From positions 1,579,182 through 1,611,181 of the forward strand of contig NZ_AP023086.1 of assembly GCF_021655555.1 (NCBI RefSeq): 32,000 nt of DNA, written 5' to 3'. How positions within the stretch are numbered: the first letter of the stretch is position 1; each line of letters opens with the position of its first letter. Below, piece by piece: positions 1-7,612 of this stretch. Under the pieces are notes generated by a model that did no database searches, was not told the DNA's origin, and saw only the letters and a list, made by a program, of their open reading frames with translations. The translations under genes and the position numbers were made by a program. This stretch comes from Marinagarivorans cellulosilyticus (lineage in GTDB: Bacteria; Pseudomonadota; Gammaproteobacteria; Pseudomonadales; Cellvibrionaceae).

Positions 1-1038
1 GGTGCCAACCCAAAGGTCGTGGTTATTGTCTTCAAAAATACGGCGGGTAATATTGGATGATAGCGAGCCTTTTTCGGACTCGCGGTGTTTAAAGTGGCGA
101 AAGGAATCGGTTTCGTAGTGGTAGTAATTAAGCCCGCCGCGGTCTGTTCCAATCCATAAAATGCCCGTCGAATCTAGATATAGATCTTCATGGATATCGT
201 CTGAAATACTGCGTGGGTCATTCGGGTCGTTTAAGTAGCGAAAAACTTCTTTGGTCTCTGGATTAATACGATAAAGACCTAGCGATGCGGCGGCCCAAAT
301 GTGGCCATTTCTATCGGCTTTAATGGCTTGTATGGCGTTTTCTTTTGTCGCGGAAGGGTCTTCGGCGAATGGCACAATGTTATCAAACTGCATGGTTTCT
401 TGGTTTAGCTGGCTTACCCCTGCGCTGGCGCCTAGCCATATGGTGCCATCTTTGGCGGTAAACATGTCGTAGACGGCATCGCTGATTGGAGCGTCACTGT
501 TACCTGTTGCGGTTATTTGGGTGACATGCATGGTATCTGGGTTAAAGCGAACAAGGCCATGGTAGGTTGCTGCCAGCATGTCGCCATTGGCGAGCTCTAA
601 AATACGGTTGTAGTTACCCTGGTTGAAATTTACCTGGGCGCCGTTTTTGGGGTATAGGCGGGTTAGCTCTTCGCGCTCAGGGCTGTACAAATAGAGGCCC
701 CAGCGCGTGCCTACCCATAGCCTATCTTTTGAATCTATGTACAAATCTGAGGCTTGCGATACATCACGAGGGCTGCTTTTATCTTTCTTGTCGGCCTCGA
801 TCATAATCTTTTTGAATTCGTACGCGTCGTAGCGCAATAAACCGTTGCGCCCGCCAAACCACATAAAACCATCTTTGTCTTGGGTAAAGGCTTCGACCTC
901 TCCTAAGCCAATATCCTGCTCTGCCATAATATTCTGAAAGATCATTTTTTCAGGGTAATCGGCAGCTATGGTGCTTAAAGGAAGTAATAACGTTAAAAAA
1001 CAGGCTTTTACGCCGACAAAAATGCTTGAACGCAACAT
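1..1038 (-). CDS. Sensor protein, N-terminal part (signal peptide plus Reg_prop-type beta-propeller repeats); the C-terminal part lies beyond the left edge
   Basis: Absent from the ORF track because it has no stop in the window. My translation of the minus strand from the ATG (complement of 1036-1038) stays open to nt 1 (346 codons): MLRSSIFVGVKACFLTLLLPLSTIAADYPEKMIFQNIMAEQDIGLGEVEAFTQDKDGFMWFGGRNGLLRYDAYEF... Recurring propeller-blade motifs follow (LWVGTRWGLYLY, IWLGASAGV, IWAAASLGLYRI, LWIGTDRGGLNYY, LWVGT), as in the periplasmic sensor domains of hybrid histidine kinases and diguanylate cyclases. Confidence 0.8.
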   Translation of the reverse strand, partial: MLRSSIFVGVKACFLTLLLPLSTIAADYPEKMIFQNIMAEQDIGLGEVEAFTQDKDGFMWFGGRNGLLRYDAYEFKKIMIEADKKDKSSPRDVSQASDLYIDSKDRLWVGTRWGLYLYSPEREELTRLYPKNGAQVNFNQGNYNRILELANGDMLAATYHGLVRFNPDTMHVTQITATGNSDAPISDAVYDMFTAKDGTIWLGASAGVSQLNQETMQFDNIVPFAEDPSATKENAIQAIKADRNGHIWAAASLGLYRINPETKEVFRYLNDPNDPRSISDDIHEDLYLDSTGILWIGTDRGGLNYYHYETDSFRHFKHRESEKGSLSSNITRRIFEDNNHDLWVGT

Positions 1039-1310
1039 TGTTAATTCTCGTTGATATTCATGGTTTGCTTCTGCATAGTCGCAGAAGTGGCCGTATGCGG
1101 CATGAGTAATCAGGGTTATCAATTAAAGAATAGCCGCTGTATGAACATTTGCGAAAAAGCTTATTTGTTTTTGTAATTCGTATTTTTTAATTACTTTTTG
1201 GGGAAAATAGGCAAGCCTTTAGATAAATATTGCAGCTTGGGAAGGGGGTGTTCGTGCATGCGGCTAGTTGGCGATAGCTATTTAGTGATAGCTATTTAGG
1301 AATGGCAGGC

Positions 1311-1338
1311 ATAAAAAAGCCCCAACCGTGTGGGGCTT
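1311..1338 (-). terminator. Rho-independent terminator of the 1366-2037 gene
   Basis: An 8-bp stem aagcccca (1317-1324) / tggggctt (1331-1338) with a 6-nt loop. On the minus strand the stem is followed by a T-run (complement of ataaaaaa at 1311-1318). It lies 28 nt past the stop codon. Confidence 0.7.
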
Positions 1339-1365
1339 AGAATATTTGCGGAAGGCAAGGGCTGT

Positions 1366-2037
1366 TTAAGCCTCGCAGCCTTCTAGCTCGGCGACTATAG
1401 CGTTACCCGTGGCAGATACTGTGATATTGGCACTTTTCGTGCCCTCTAGCTTCATTCCGTTCTTCACGGCTACATCTGTCACCATGTTGGCGTCTTGTGT
1501 TTGTGCTGCTTGGCGCAATTGCTCTAGCGCATTTTGCTTACCTTGCTTCAAGGCTGCGAGCACTTTGGGGCTTTTGCGGCCTATAAACTTACCGTTTTCG
1601 AACAACTCTGGTGTTAGCGCAATACTAAGCACGCACTCGGCACTAACGTCGCCCATTTCTGCAAGCACGGTTTGCTCTGCTTTTGGCTTTGTTGTTAGCA
1701 CAATATTGGCGCTTTCTATCGCTTGCTTGGGTTCTTCGGCAGCGGCTACAGGGGCTGGCGCTTCAGCGGGTACTGGCTCTTGTGTCGGTTCTGGGCTGGC
1801 TTGTGTTGCTGGCGCTTCTTCATGCTCTGTCACAATGTATTGTGTGGCAGGGTCTTTAAGCTTCACTTTGAATTCTTTTGCTGGCGGTACTTCTGTGGGG
1901 GCTTCAGCTGAATTGGCTTTGGAGCGCTTGCCTCCCTCGTGTTCAAAAAAACAATGAGGGCATATATGGCTGGCGCGGTACATGCCGCCATTCATGGGTT
2001 TGCTACAGCTTTGGCAAGGTTTAGTTAAAGATTGCAT
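1366..2037 (-). CDS. Zinc-ribbon / Pro-Ala-Glu-rich linker / YbjQ (UPF0145)-like domain protein
   Basis: The N-terminus has two Cys pairs (CQSC...CPHC). The middle is a low-complexity linker (EEAPATQASPEPTQEPVPAEAPAPVAAAEEP). The C-terminus (ALEQLRQAAQTQDANMVTDVAVKNGMKLEGTKSANITVSATGNAIV) follows the pattern I recall for YbjQ-family domains. A terminator sits downstream. Confidence 0.7.
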   Translation of the reverse strand: MQSLTKPCQSCSKPMNGGMYRASHICPHCFFEHEGGKRSKANSAEAPTEVPPAKEFKVKLKDPATQYIVTEHEEAPATQASPEPTQEPVPAEAPAPVAAAEEPKQAIESANIVLTTKPKAEQTVLAEMGDVSAECVLSIALTPELFENGKFIGRKSPKVLAALKQGKQNALEQLRQAAQTQDANMVTDVAVKNGMKLEGTKSANITVSATGNAIVAELEGCEA

Positions 2038-2241
2038 ATTTATTCACTATTGGTTTCTGCAAAAAAGTGTGCAAATTTTAGGCTATATTGCACGCCCGCT
2101 CAAGAAGTGGCCTCACAAATTTGTCAATATTGGTCAATTATTATCGCTAATAACTAAAAGATCTAAACAAAGTGTCAATTTATTGTGCATTGATGTGGCG
2201 CTGCGGCTAAAGGCCCGAATCTTATATGGGCAACTCTAAAC

Positions 2242-3285
2242 ACAGTGGTCTTTTCATAAGAGCAGGGCAGACGTTGCTTCTGGCAGCTTTCTGCAGATAA
2301 CTGCGGTGCTGTCGCGGCCTGCATTCCAGAGCATATTAAGGTTGACCCGAATAGATAGGGGTCCACTTTATGACGGCTAGAATGCGCGATTTTCAATGCC
2401 AAAGCATTGCAAGATTTTTCATTGACATTGGCCCTAAAAATTATGGCTAGTAGTGTTTTTTGTGGGGGAGCCATCCGGCTCTGTATTTAATTCACTCGTG
2501 CAGCGGGCGCATGAAAAGGTATCCCAAGAAACCCCTTTATTAACGCGGGAGCGATTGCTATCTGTGATATTTTGGTTTCTCGCTTAGGTGACCCTAAGGC
2601 AGAGCAACTGGCGGTTATACGAAAGCTATCAGGCATTGCGACCGTTAAATGTCGTACCGGAATTGCGGACTCAGAAAATTAAACGGGATTCAGGCATCAC
2701 GCGGTAAGCACTTCATGAGCCTAATGCAACGTCAGGGTTACGTAGGTGTTATGGGTGTCCTCAATTATCTCTTCATTGGTTTTCGTGTTTAATAGCAATT
2801 AGATGGTGCATACCCGTACGGTGGCGCGTTATTTTGTTTTTTGGGGTGCGTTATTTGCGCGACAAACAGGCTGATGCCTTGCTATCGATAACACGGTACT
2901 TTTTACGCACGCCTTTTGTTTCTGATGTGACATTGCTTTGCTAATGCAAAGTTAATTTGCATTTTTGGTTGTTTAACCCTCGACTTACTAGCGTTAGTAT
3001 CCTCTAAGAAATATCCGTTAAAAACTGCCCCTAGAAGGTTCCGGTTGCTTTGGTGTAACTATTCAGCGATCCCCGCCAACACACGGACCACTTTCTGGGT
3101 TGCTTAGTCATCGGCGACGTCGAGCTCCTGCAAAGTCTACCCCTGCGCAGCCATGCTAGGGCTGGGCGCTATGCGAGCGTTCTTGGTACGCGCGTGTGCA
3201 GAAAATAACCAATCTGCTTTTTGGGGAAGTATTATTTCGACGCTACCTGGCGAAACCACTTGGCCTGACTAAACCACTTGGATAG
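2242..3285 (+). pseudogene. glsA: Glutaminase (GlsA family) relic with many in-frame stop codons
   Basis: A single reading frame (codon starts at 3n+1) reads ...CGAVAACIPEHIKVDPNR*..., then AIFNAKALQDFSLTLALKIM..., then KGIPRNPFINAGAIAICDILVSRLGDPKAEQLAVIRKLSGIATVKCRTGIADSEN*TGFRHHAV..., then RRAPAKSTPAQPC*..., then LFGEVLFRRYLAKPLG...*. These segments are collinear with glutaminase blocks recalled from E. coli GlsA2: GKVADYIPAL; FSIQSISKVLSL; GIPRNPFINAGAL..CDML; SE...ARN.AIA; LPAKSGVGGG; and the C-terminal LTKQLG. In-frame stops include 2356, 2371, 2488, 2512 and 2680, with more downstream. The catalytic S-x-x-K block is replaced (NAKALQ). The boundaries are approximate. Confidence 0.6.
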
Positions 3286-3377
3286 TTACGTTTTGGTTTG
3301 TGTTTTTGGCGCGCCCGAGAGTTGGGGGTAATTTAATAACTCTTAAAAATGTGAATATGTTATGGAGGGCTTTCAGT

Positions 3378-4544
3378 ATGAAGATATCAAGTCTGGGTAA
3401 AGGTCCGCTTGCTATTGCTTGCATGGGGTGGGCCTCAGTCGCCTATGCGTACGACAACCTGTTTGAAACAGGTTTTTATGAGCTCAATGAGGTTAAGCCG
3501 GCTCGTTCGGACTTGCCAAAATCGGGCGTGCAAGGCGCCGGAAAGGCCAATAGCCGGAGGCATCTTTTTGCCGCTTATTCTCCTCAATACCCACTTTGGT
3601 CTGATGGATCTCAAAAGCGCCGTTGGATATATATTCCGGGTAAAAAGAAGATTAATACGCGTTATCCAGATTCTTGGGTTTTTCCAAAGGGAACGAAGAT
3701 ATGGAAAGAGTTTTCGTTTGATGAGGCCGAAGGAAACCGAAAAATAGAAACGCGCTATATGGAAAAAAGAAAGGATGGCAGCTGGGTTATGCAAAGCTTT
3801 GTTTGGAATGACAACCAAACTCTTGCGACGGCAGCTCCAGAAGAAGGAATACAGGGTCATTATGAAATTGATGAAGGCGTGTATTACGACATTCCACCAG
3901 CCTTCGCTTGTTTGCTATGTCACGATAAGGCTGGTTTAGACGTTGGGCCTAAAAAGACGCCAGTGCTTGGGTTTTCCGCGTTACAGTTATCCGATAATCG
4001 TGACCCTGATGCTATTCATGGCGAGGCCCTAGAGCCTGGAATGATCACTCTAGAAGGTTTGCAAAGCCTTAATAGAGTGACGCGAAAGATGCCAGAAATG
4101 CCGCAAATCCCAGATTCAGAGGCCTACCCCTTGCAACGCTCGGTATTGGGTTATCTCCATACAAATTGCGGGAGTTGCCACAACGAGACTGGGCTGGCAG
4201 AAATTTCCACCTTCTCTGATTTTCACCACCCCGCCCACGCTCAGCATATTCAGCAAAACGGTACTTTTAAGACCTCCATGGGTAGACCTATCTCAAATTG
4301 GTTGATGCCAGATGGAAGCCCTGAGTTAATTATCAAACCTGGTGATTCAGAGAATAGTGCTTTGTTGTTTAGAATGAACGCAACGCACGAACTACATACT
4401 TTCAATATTCCCCTTTGGCATCATAGTGGCGGTTATTCTAGAACCGACTTGGTTAAAATGCCGTTTATTGGCAATAACCTAAAAGATACCTTTGCTATTG
4501 AAAAAATTTCTGAATATATAGATTCTTTGCCTCAGGAAAATTGA
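3378..4544 (+). CDS. Secreted dihaem c-type-cytochrome-like protein
   Basis: The track ORF is 3300-4544. I place the start at ATG 3378, which has GGAGG 8 nt upstream and gives a signal peptide MKISSLGKGPLAIACMGWASVAYA. There are two CXXCH haem-binding motifs: CLLCH (3909-3923) and CGSCH (4167-4181). The conserved-looking block is YPLWSDGSQKRRWIYIPG...WVFPKGTKIWKEF. Confidence 0.75.
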   Translation: MKISSLGKGPLAIACMGWASVAYAYDNLFETGFYELNEVKPARSDLPKSGVQGAGKANSRRHLFAAYSPQYPLWSDGSQKRRWIYIPGKKKINTRYPDSWVFPKGTKIWKEFSFDEAEGNRKIETRYMEKRKDGSWVMQSFVWNDNQTLATAAPEEGIQGHYEIDEGVYYDIPPAFACLLCHDKAGLDVGPKKTPVLGFSALQLSDNRDPDAIHGEALEPGMITLEGLQSLNRVTRKMPEMPQIPDSEAYPLQRSVLGYLHTNCGSCHNETGLAEISTFSDFHHPAHAQHIQQNGTFKTSMGRPISNWLMPDGSPELIIKPGDSENSALLFRMNATHELHTFNIPLWHHSGGYSRTDLVKMPFIGNNLKDTFAIEKISEYIDSLPQEN

Positions 4545-4630
4545 AGTTTAATGCTGTTTTAATCGTTTTTTGAGCTCTTGCCGTTACTGGCTAAATTACA
4601 TTTATAATTAAATTGTTATTGGAGAAAAAT

Positions 4631-5230
4631 ATGAAAATATTCGCCATCAGTGGTAGCCCGAATCGTGAAGGTAATACCTGTACTTACGGTAATCATGTGA
4701 TAGAAGCCGCAAAGAAAAACGGTGCTGAAGTAGAAGAAGTTAATATCTACGATTTTAATATCACTGACGTATGGGAAAATTATTTCGGCGACGCACTTTT
4801 CAATAAGTTTGAAAAAGCCGGAAGCGATGATATGCCTTTACTAAAGGACAAGATGATGAGCGCAGATATCATTTTGCTCATTACGCCCATCTATTGGTGT
4901 CAAATGACCGGTAAGATGAAAACGTTCGTTGATCGCTGGACTGATACCATCAATTTGGATTTTTCGTCGGATTTAGGTGGAAAGGGCTTGGCTTTGGTTT
5001 CCACGCACTCTGGGATGAACCAAATGAATTCTTCAAATGTTCTCCAAACGGCGATGGATAATACAGCAGTATTCTTGGGAATGACCTGGTTGGGCGGCAT
5101 TGACGGCGCGTCTAAAATGGAAATTACCTCAGGAATGAATGAAGGCCATGAAATTATTGCGAAGGATTTTGGCGCTAAATTAGCTCGCGGCGAAAATTTG
5201 TTGGGTATGAAAGTTGTAGGTGGCGAGTAG
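4631..5230 (+). CDS. NAD(P)H-dependent FMN reductase / flavodoxin-like fold protein
   Basis: MKIFAISGSPNREGNTCTYGNHVIEAAKKNGAEVEEVNIYDF...ADIILLITPIYWCQMTGKMKTFVDRW is the typical flavodoxin-like reductase N-terminus. Start ATG 4631 is preceded by GGAG, whereas the track start at 4613 is a TTG. No signal peptide is present. Confidence 0.75.
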   Translation: MKIFAISGSPNREGNTCTYGNHVIEAAKKNGAEVEEVNIYDFNITDVWENYFGDALFNKFEKAGSDDMPLLKDKMMSADIILLITPIYWCQMTGKMKTFVDRWTDTINLDFSSDLGGKGLALVSTHSGMNQMNSSNVLQTAMDNTAVFLGMTWLGGIDGASKMEITSGMNEGHEIIAKDFGAKLARGENLLGMKVVGGE

Positions 5231-5241
5231 GTTTTCCCGCA

Positions 5242-5273
5242 AGGCTACTGATCGAGATATTGTTCAGTAGCCT
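5242..5273 (+). terminator. Hairpin downstream of the reductase gene (possible terminator or processing site)
   Basis: A 10-bp perfect stem aggctactga (5242-5251) / tcagtagcct (5264-5273) with a 12-nt loop. No T-run follows. A second 6-bp hairpin lies at 5289-5306. Confidence 0.3.
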
Positions 5274-5377
5274 CTGCTAAGCCAGGTGGCCGGTTTGTGC
5301 ACCGGCTAGTGGTCGATTTTGGTAATTAAATAGGTTTTTGGGGCAGTTTCAAGGCTGCGTCTACATCTTGCCGAGCA

Positions 5378-5388
5378 GGGGGGGGGGG
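5378..5388. repeat. G11 homopolymer tract in the intergenic region upstream of the MBL hydrolase gene
   Basis: Direct count: ccgagca + 11 G + tgacc. The tract ends 63 nt upstream of ATG 5451. Confidence 0.95.
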
Positions 5389-5450
5389 TGACCTGATGCT
5401 AGCAAGGACTTTTCAATAATTAGTTAGATTTCAATTACAAGGATATTGGT

Positions 5451-6524
5451 ATGCTTAAGCTTCTATTGATTTTAATTACTGTTATTCCCATTTTAAGTGT
5501 GGCAGAAATCCATATTCCCGAAAGAATTCCTCCTTTGGCGGCTATTGCGCAAGGCGAGCCCATGATTGATGCTGATATAGATGAAAAAGGCTATCACGTA
5601 GCAAAGATTCATGACGATGGAGTTTACTGGATAACGGACAATAACTACCACTCTTTGGCTATTGTGCGCCCACAGGGAATCATTGTTGTAGATGCGCCAG
5701 AGCCAATGCCCTTTTTCCCCCCAACACCTGTACTGACGGCCTTGGAAGAGGTTGCTCCCGGTGTACCTGTTACGCACCTAATTTACACCCATGCTCATAC
5801 AGACCATATTGGCGGCGCTGGTGCGATTAAAGAGAAATACCCTCGTGTAAAGATTTTGGCTCATCAGGACACCAAGAAAATTCTGAAGCGAGCGAAAGAC
5901 CCTAAGCGGCCAGAGCCAAATCGCAAGTTCAAGCGTGATGTTAGTGTGAGGATTCATGGGGTAAACATTGAATTGAGCACTTTTAGGGATGCGCATATGA
6001 AGGGCAATGTATTCGTATTATTGCCTGATCAAAAAGTTTTGATGGCTGTGGATCTGGTTTACCCTGGATACGTTCCTTTTAGGCGAATGGGTGTGGCGGA
6101 AAATTTTGTTGATTGGTATGAAGGCACAAAGTATTTATTAACAAAGGATTTTGATATTTTCGTAGCTGGTCATGGATTGAGGTTAGGAACTCGAGAAGAT
6201 ATTGAGCTACAAATTGAATACGTAGATGATATTCGTAATGTTGTAGACTCTATGGTTATGGATATCAATAAGCTTAATGAAACAGTCGATTTAATTGACG
6301 AACAACATGGTCCGTATTCATCGTTCACACATCAGGCTAAATGGACCTTGTTTGGTGGTTATCTGGATGTAATTGCGCAAGCGTGCAGGGAAGAGCTGGA
6401 CAAGAAATACATCGAAGGGGAAAATTCAGGGGACAACTCAAAAGCTTTAGCTGGAGCGGAAACCTTTAATTTCGCAAACTGCGAATCTTATTTTGTTGCT
6501 AGGCGCTTAGGTGTTGATAAGTAA
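5451..6524 (+). CDS. Exported MBL-fold metallo-hydrolase
   Basis: The HxHxDH zinc motif is present (THAHTDHIGG). The N-terminus is a signal-like sequence, MLKLLLILITVIPILSVAE. AAGGA lies about 7 nt upstream of the ATG. Confidence 0.8.
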   Translation: MLKLLLILITVIPILSVAEIHIPERIPPLAAIAQGEPMIDADIDEKGYHVAKIHDDGVYWITDNNYHSLAIVRPQGIIVVDAPEPMPFFPPTPVLTALEEVAPGVPVTHLIYTHAHTDHIGGAGAIKEKYPRVKILAHQDTKKILKRAKDPKRPEPNRKFKRDVSVRIHGVNIELSTFRDAHMKGNVFVLLPDQKVLMAVDLVYPGYVPFRRMGVAENFVDWYEGTKYLLTKDFDIFVAGHGLRLGTREDIELQIEYVDDIRNVVDSMVMDINKLNETVDLIDEQHGPYSSFTHQAKWTLFGGYLDVIAQACREELDKKYIEGENSGDNSKALAGAETFNFANCESYFVARRLGVDK

Positions 6525-6551
6525 CGTTAATCTGAGTTTGAACCTGTCATC

Positions 6552-6570
6552 GGCCGCGATATTGGCGGCC
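6552..6570 (+). terminator. Weak hairpin between the two MBL genes
   Basis: ggccgc (6552-6557) / gcggcc (6565-6570) with a 7-nt loop, followed by tgtttgg. Confidence 0.3.
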
Positions 6571-6587
6571 TGTTTGGCGATAAATTA

Positions 6588-7565
6588 ATGCAACAGTATT
6601 TCCGAATTTTTGCGTATGCTGCCGCCTGTATTCTACTGAATGCATTGCTTAGCTCTTGCTCGCAGGCAACCCATGAGATAGAGCCGATACCTTATCAAAC
6701 ACTAGGCGGTGAGCTTGGCGGGGCTACGACTTGGTCGGTATTATCTAACCTGTCTGAGCCGGGCCCCATCGAATTTAGTCGACACATCGCTGCGCGTTGG
6801 GTAGTCCCACGTAAAGGGATTGTGAATTTAGAGCACGAAAGCTCGAAAGAAGCCGGTCTAAAAAATGAGCCGTTGAATATTGATGTCTATTTTTATTTAA
6901 TACGCCATCCAAAATACGGATATTACTTGATTGATAGTGGGGTTTCTAAAGTTTTTAGAGGGCAAAGCGATTTGCCGGTTTACTTTCCCATATCGACTTC
7001 ATTGCCATTCGAGCAGTTAGAGGTATTAACGGATACCTACACCTTTGTTAGCGGCTTGGATGAACCTTTATCGGGAGTATTTTTAAGCCATTTGCATATT
7101 GACCATATTATGGGGTTGCCTGATATACCGCGAAACACTCCAGTTTATGTAGGGCCTGATGAAGCGAAGGACAAACGTTTTAGCCATCTTTTTGTTCGCA
7201 GAACTACAAATAAGCTTCTAAGTGGGCTTGGACCTTTGAGGGAGTGGCAAACCAGTCGTAGTGCTGGTTCGCCCTTTTCGTATGTTGATATTTTTTCAGA
7301 CGGTAGCGTTTTGGGCTTCCACATTCCAGGTCACACTCGCGGAAATATGGCCTTCTTTATAAGAGCAAAGGATGGACCTGTATTGTTGGCAGGCGACGGT
7401 TCGCACACAGTTTGGGGGTGGAATAACAGCGTTGAGCCAGGAAGCTATAACACAAATACTGAACAAGCAGCAAACTCGTTAGATCGCTTAATAGAGTTTT
7501 CGTCCAAACTTCCAGGGCTTCGGGTCTATTTGGGCCATGAATCCTTTCCTGGGCAATCGATCTAA
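6588..7565 (+). CDS. MBL-fold metallo-hydrolase, predicted lipoprotein
   Basis: The HxHxDH motif is present (LSHLHIDHIMG), with later His/Asp ligand motifs (HIPGHTRGN, LAGDGSHT, LGHE). The N-terminus MQQYFRIFAYAAACILLNALLSSCSQ carries a lipobox (L-S-S-C). Confidence 0.8.
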   Translation: MQQYFRIFAYAAACILLNALLSSCSQATHEIEPIPYQTLGGELGGATTWSVLSNLSEPGPIEFSRHIAARWVVPRKGIVNLEHESSKEAGLKNEPLNIDVYFYLIRHPKYGYYLIDSGVSKVFRGQSDLPVYFPISTSLPFEQLEVLTDTYTFVSGLDEPLSGVFLSHLHIDHIMGLPDIPRNTPVYVGPDEAKDKRFSHLFVRRTTNKLLSGLGPLREWQTSRSAGSPFSYVDIFSDGSVLGFHIPGHTRGNMAFFIRAKDGPVLLAGDGSHTVWGWNNSVEPGSYNTNTEQAANSLDRLIEFSSKLPGLRVYLGHESFPGQSI

Positions 7566-7584
7566 GGCTTTAGCTTTAGCCTTA
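7563..7584. terminator. Hairpin between the convergent MBL and LysR genes
   Basis: taaggct (7563-7569) / agcctta (7578-7584) with an 8-nt loop. No clear U-run on either strand. Confidence 0.25.
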
Positions 7585-7612
7585 GAATGAAACAGCCCGC
7601 GTGTTTGTAATC

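Noticed and set aside
1273-1299. Tandem 13-mer gatagctatttag x2 between the sensor gene and the YbjQ-like gene
   Set aside because: The repeat is real but very short, with only two copies, and no functional context can be supported.
1409-1957. Track ORFs 1409-1957 (+) and 1723-1911 (+)
   Set aside because: They are antisense to the well-supported zinc-ribbon/YbjQ-like gene. Their Cys/Ser/Ala-rich low-complexity translations mirror that gene's Pro/Ala/Glu linker. No start context.
2175-2474. Track ORF 2175-2474 (-), 99 aa
   Set aside because: It is antisense to the glutaminase relic, which explains the sequence better. It has no recognisable motifs and no RBS.
2420-2600. Possible third, degenerate copy of the MITE (ccctaaaaat at 2432-2441; palindrome cttaggtgaccctaag at 2583-2598 resembling the element ends)
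   Set aside because: The same stretch aligns collinearly with glutaminase blocks (FSLTLAL...GIPRNPFINAGAI...SRLGDPKAE). The resemblance to the short, simple TIR sequence is therefore most likely chance.
3253-3281. Direct repeat aaaccacttgg x2 (3253-3263 and 3271-3281) about 100 nt upstream of the cytochrome-like gene
   Set aside because: It falls in the C-terminal end of the glutaminase relic, where it reads KPLG...KPLG. It is a small duplication there, and there is no independent evidence for a regulator site.
3300-3377. N-terminal 26-codon extension of the track ORF 3300-4544; likewise the TTG start at 4613, the 8590 start of the LysR ORF, and TTG 9957 of the megasynthase
   Set aside because: For the first three, internal ATG codons with better SD spacing or canonical N-termini (signal peptide, Rossmann-like start, HTH spacing) are more plausible. 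For 9957, I prefer the first ATG at 9969 only because it is a canonical start codon, and GTG 9963 remains possible. The upstream extensions are likely artefacts of longest-ORF calling.
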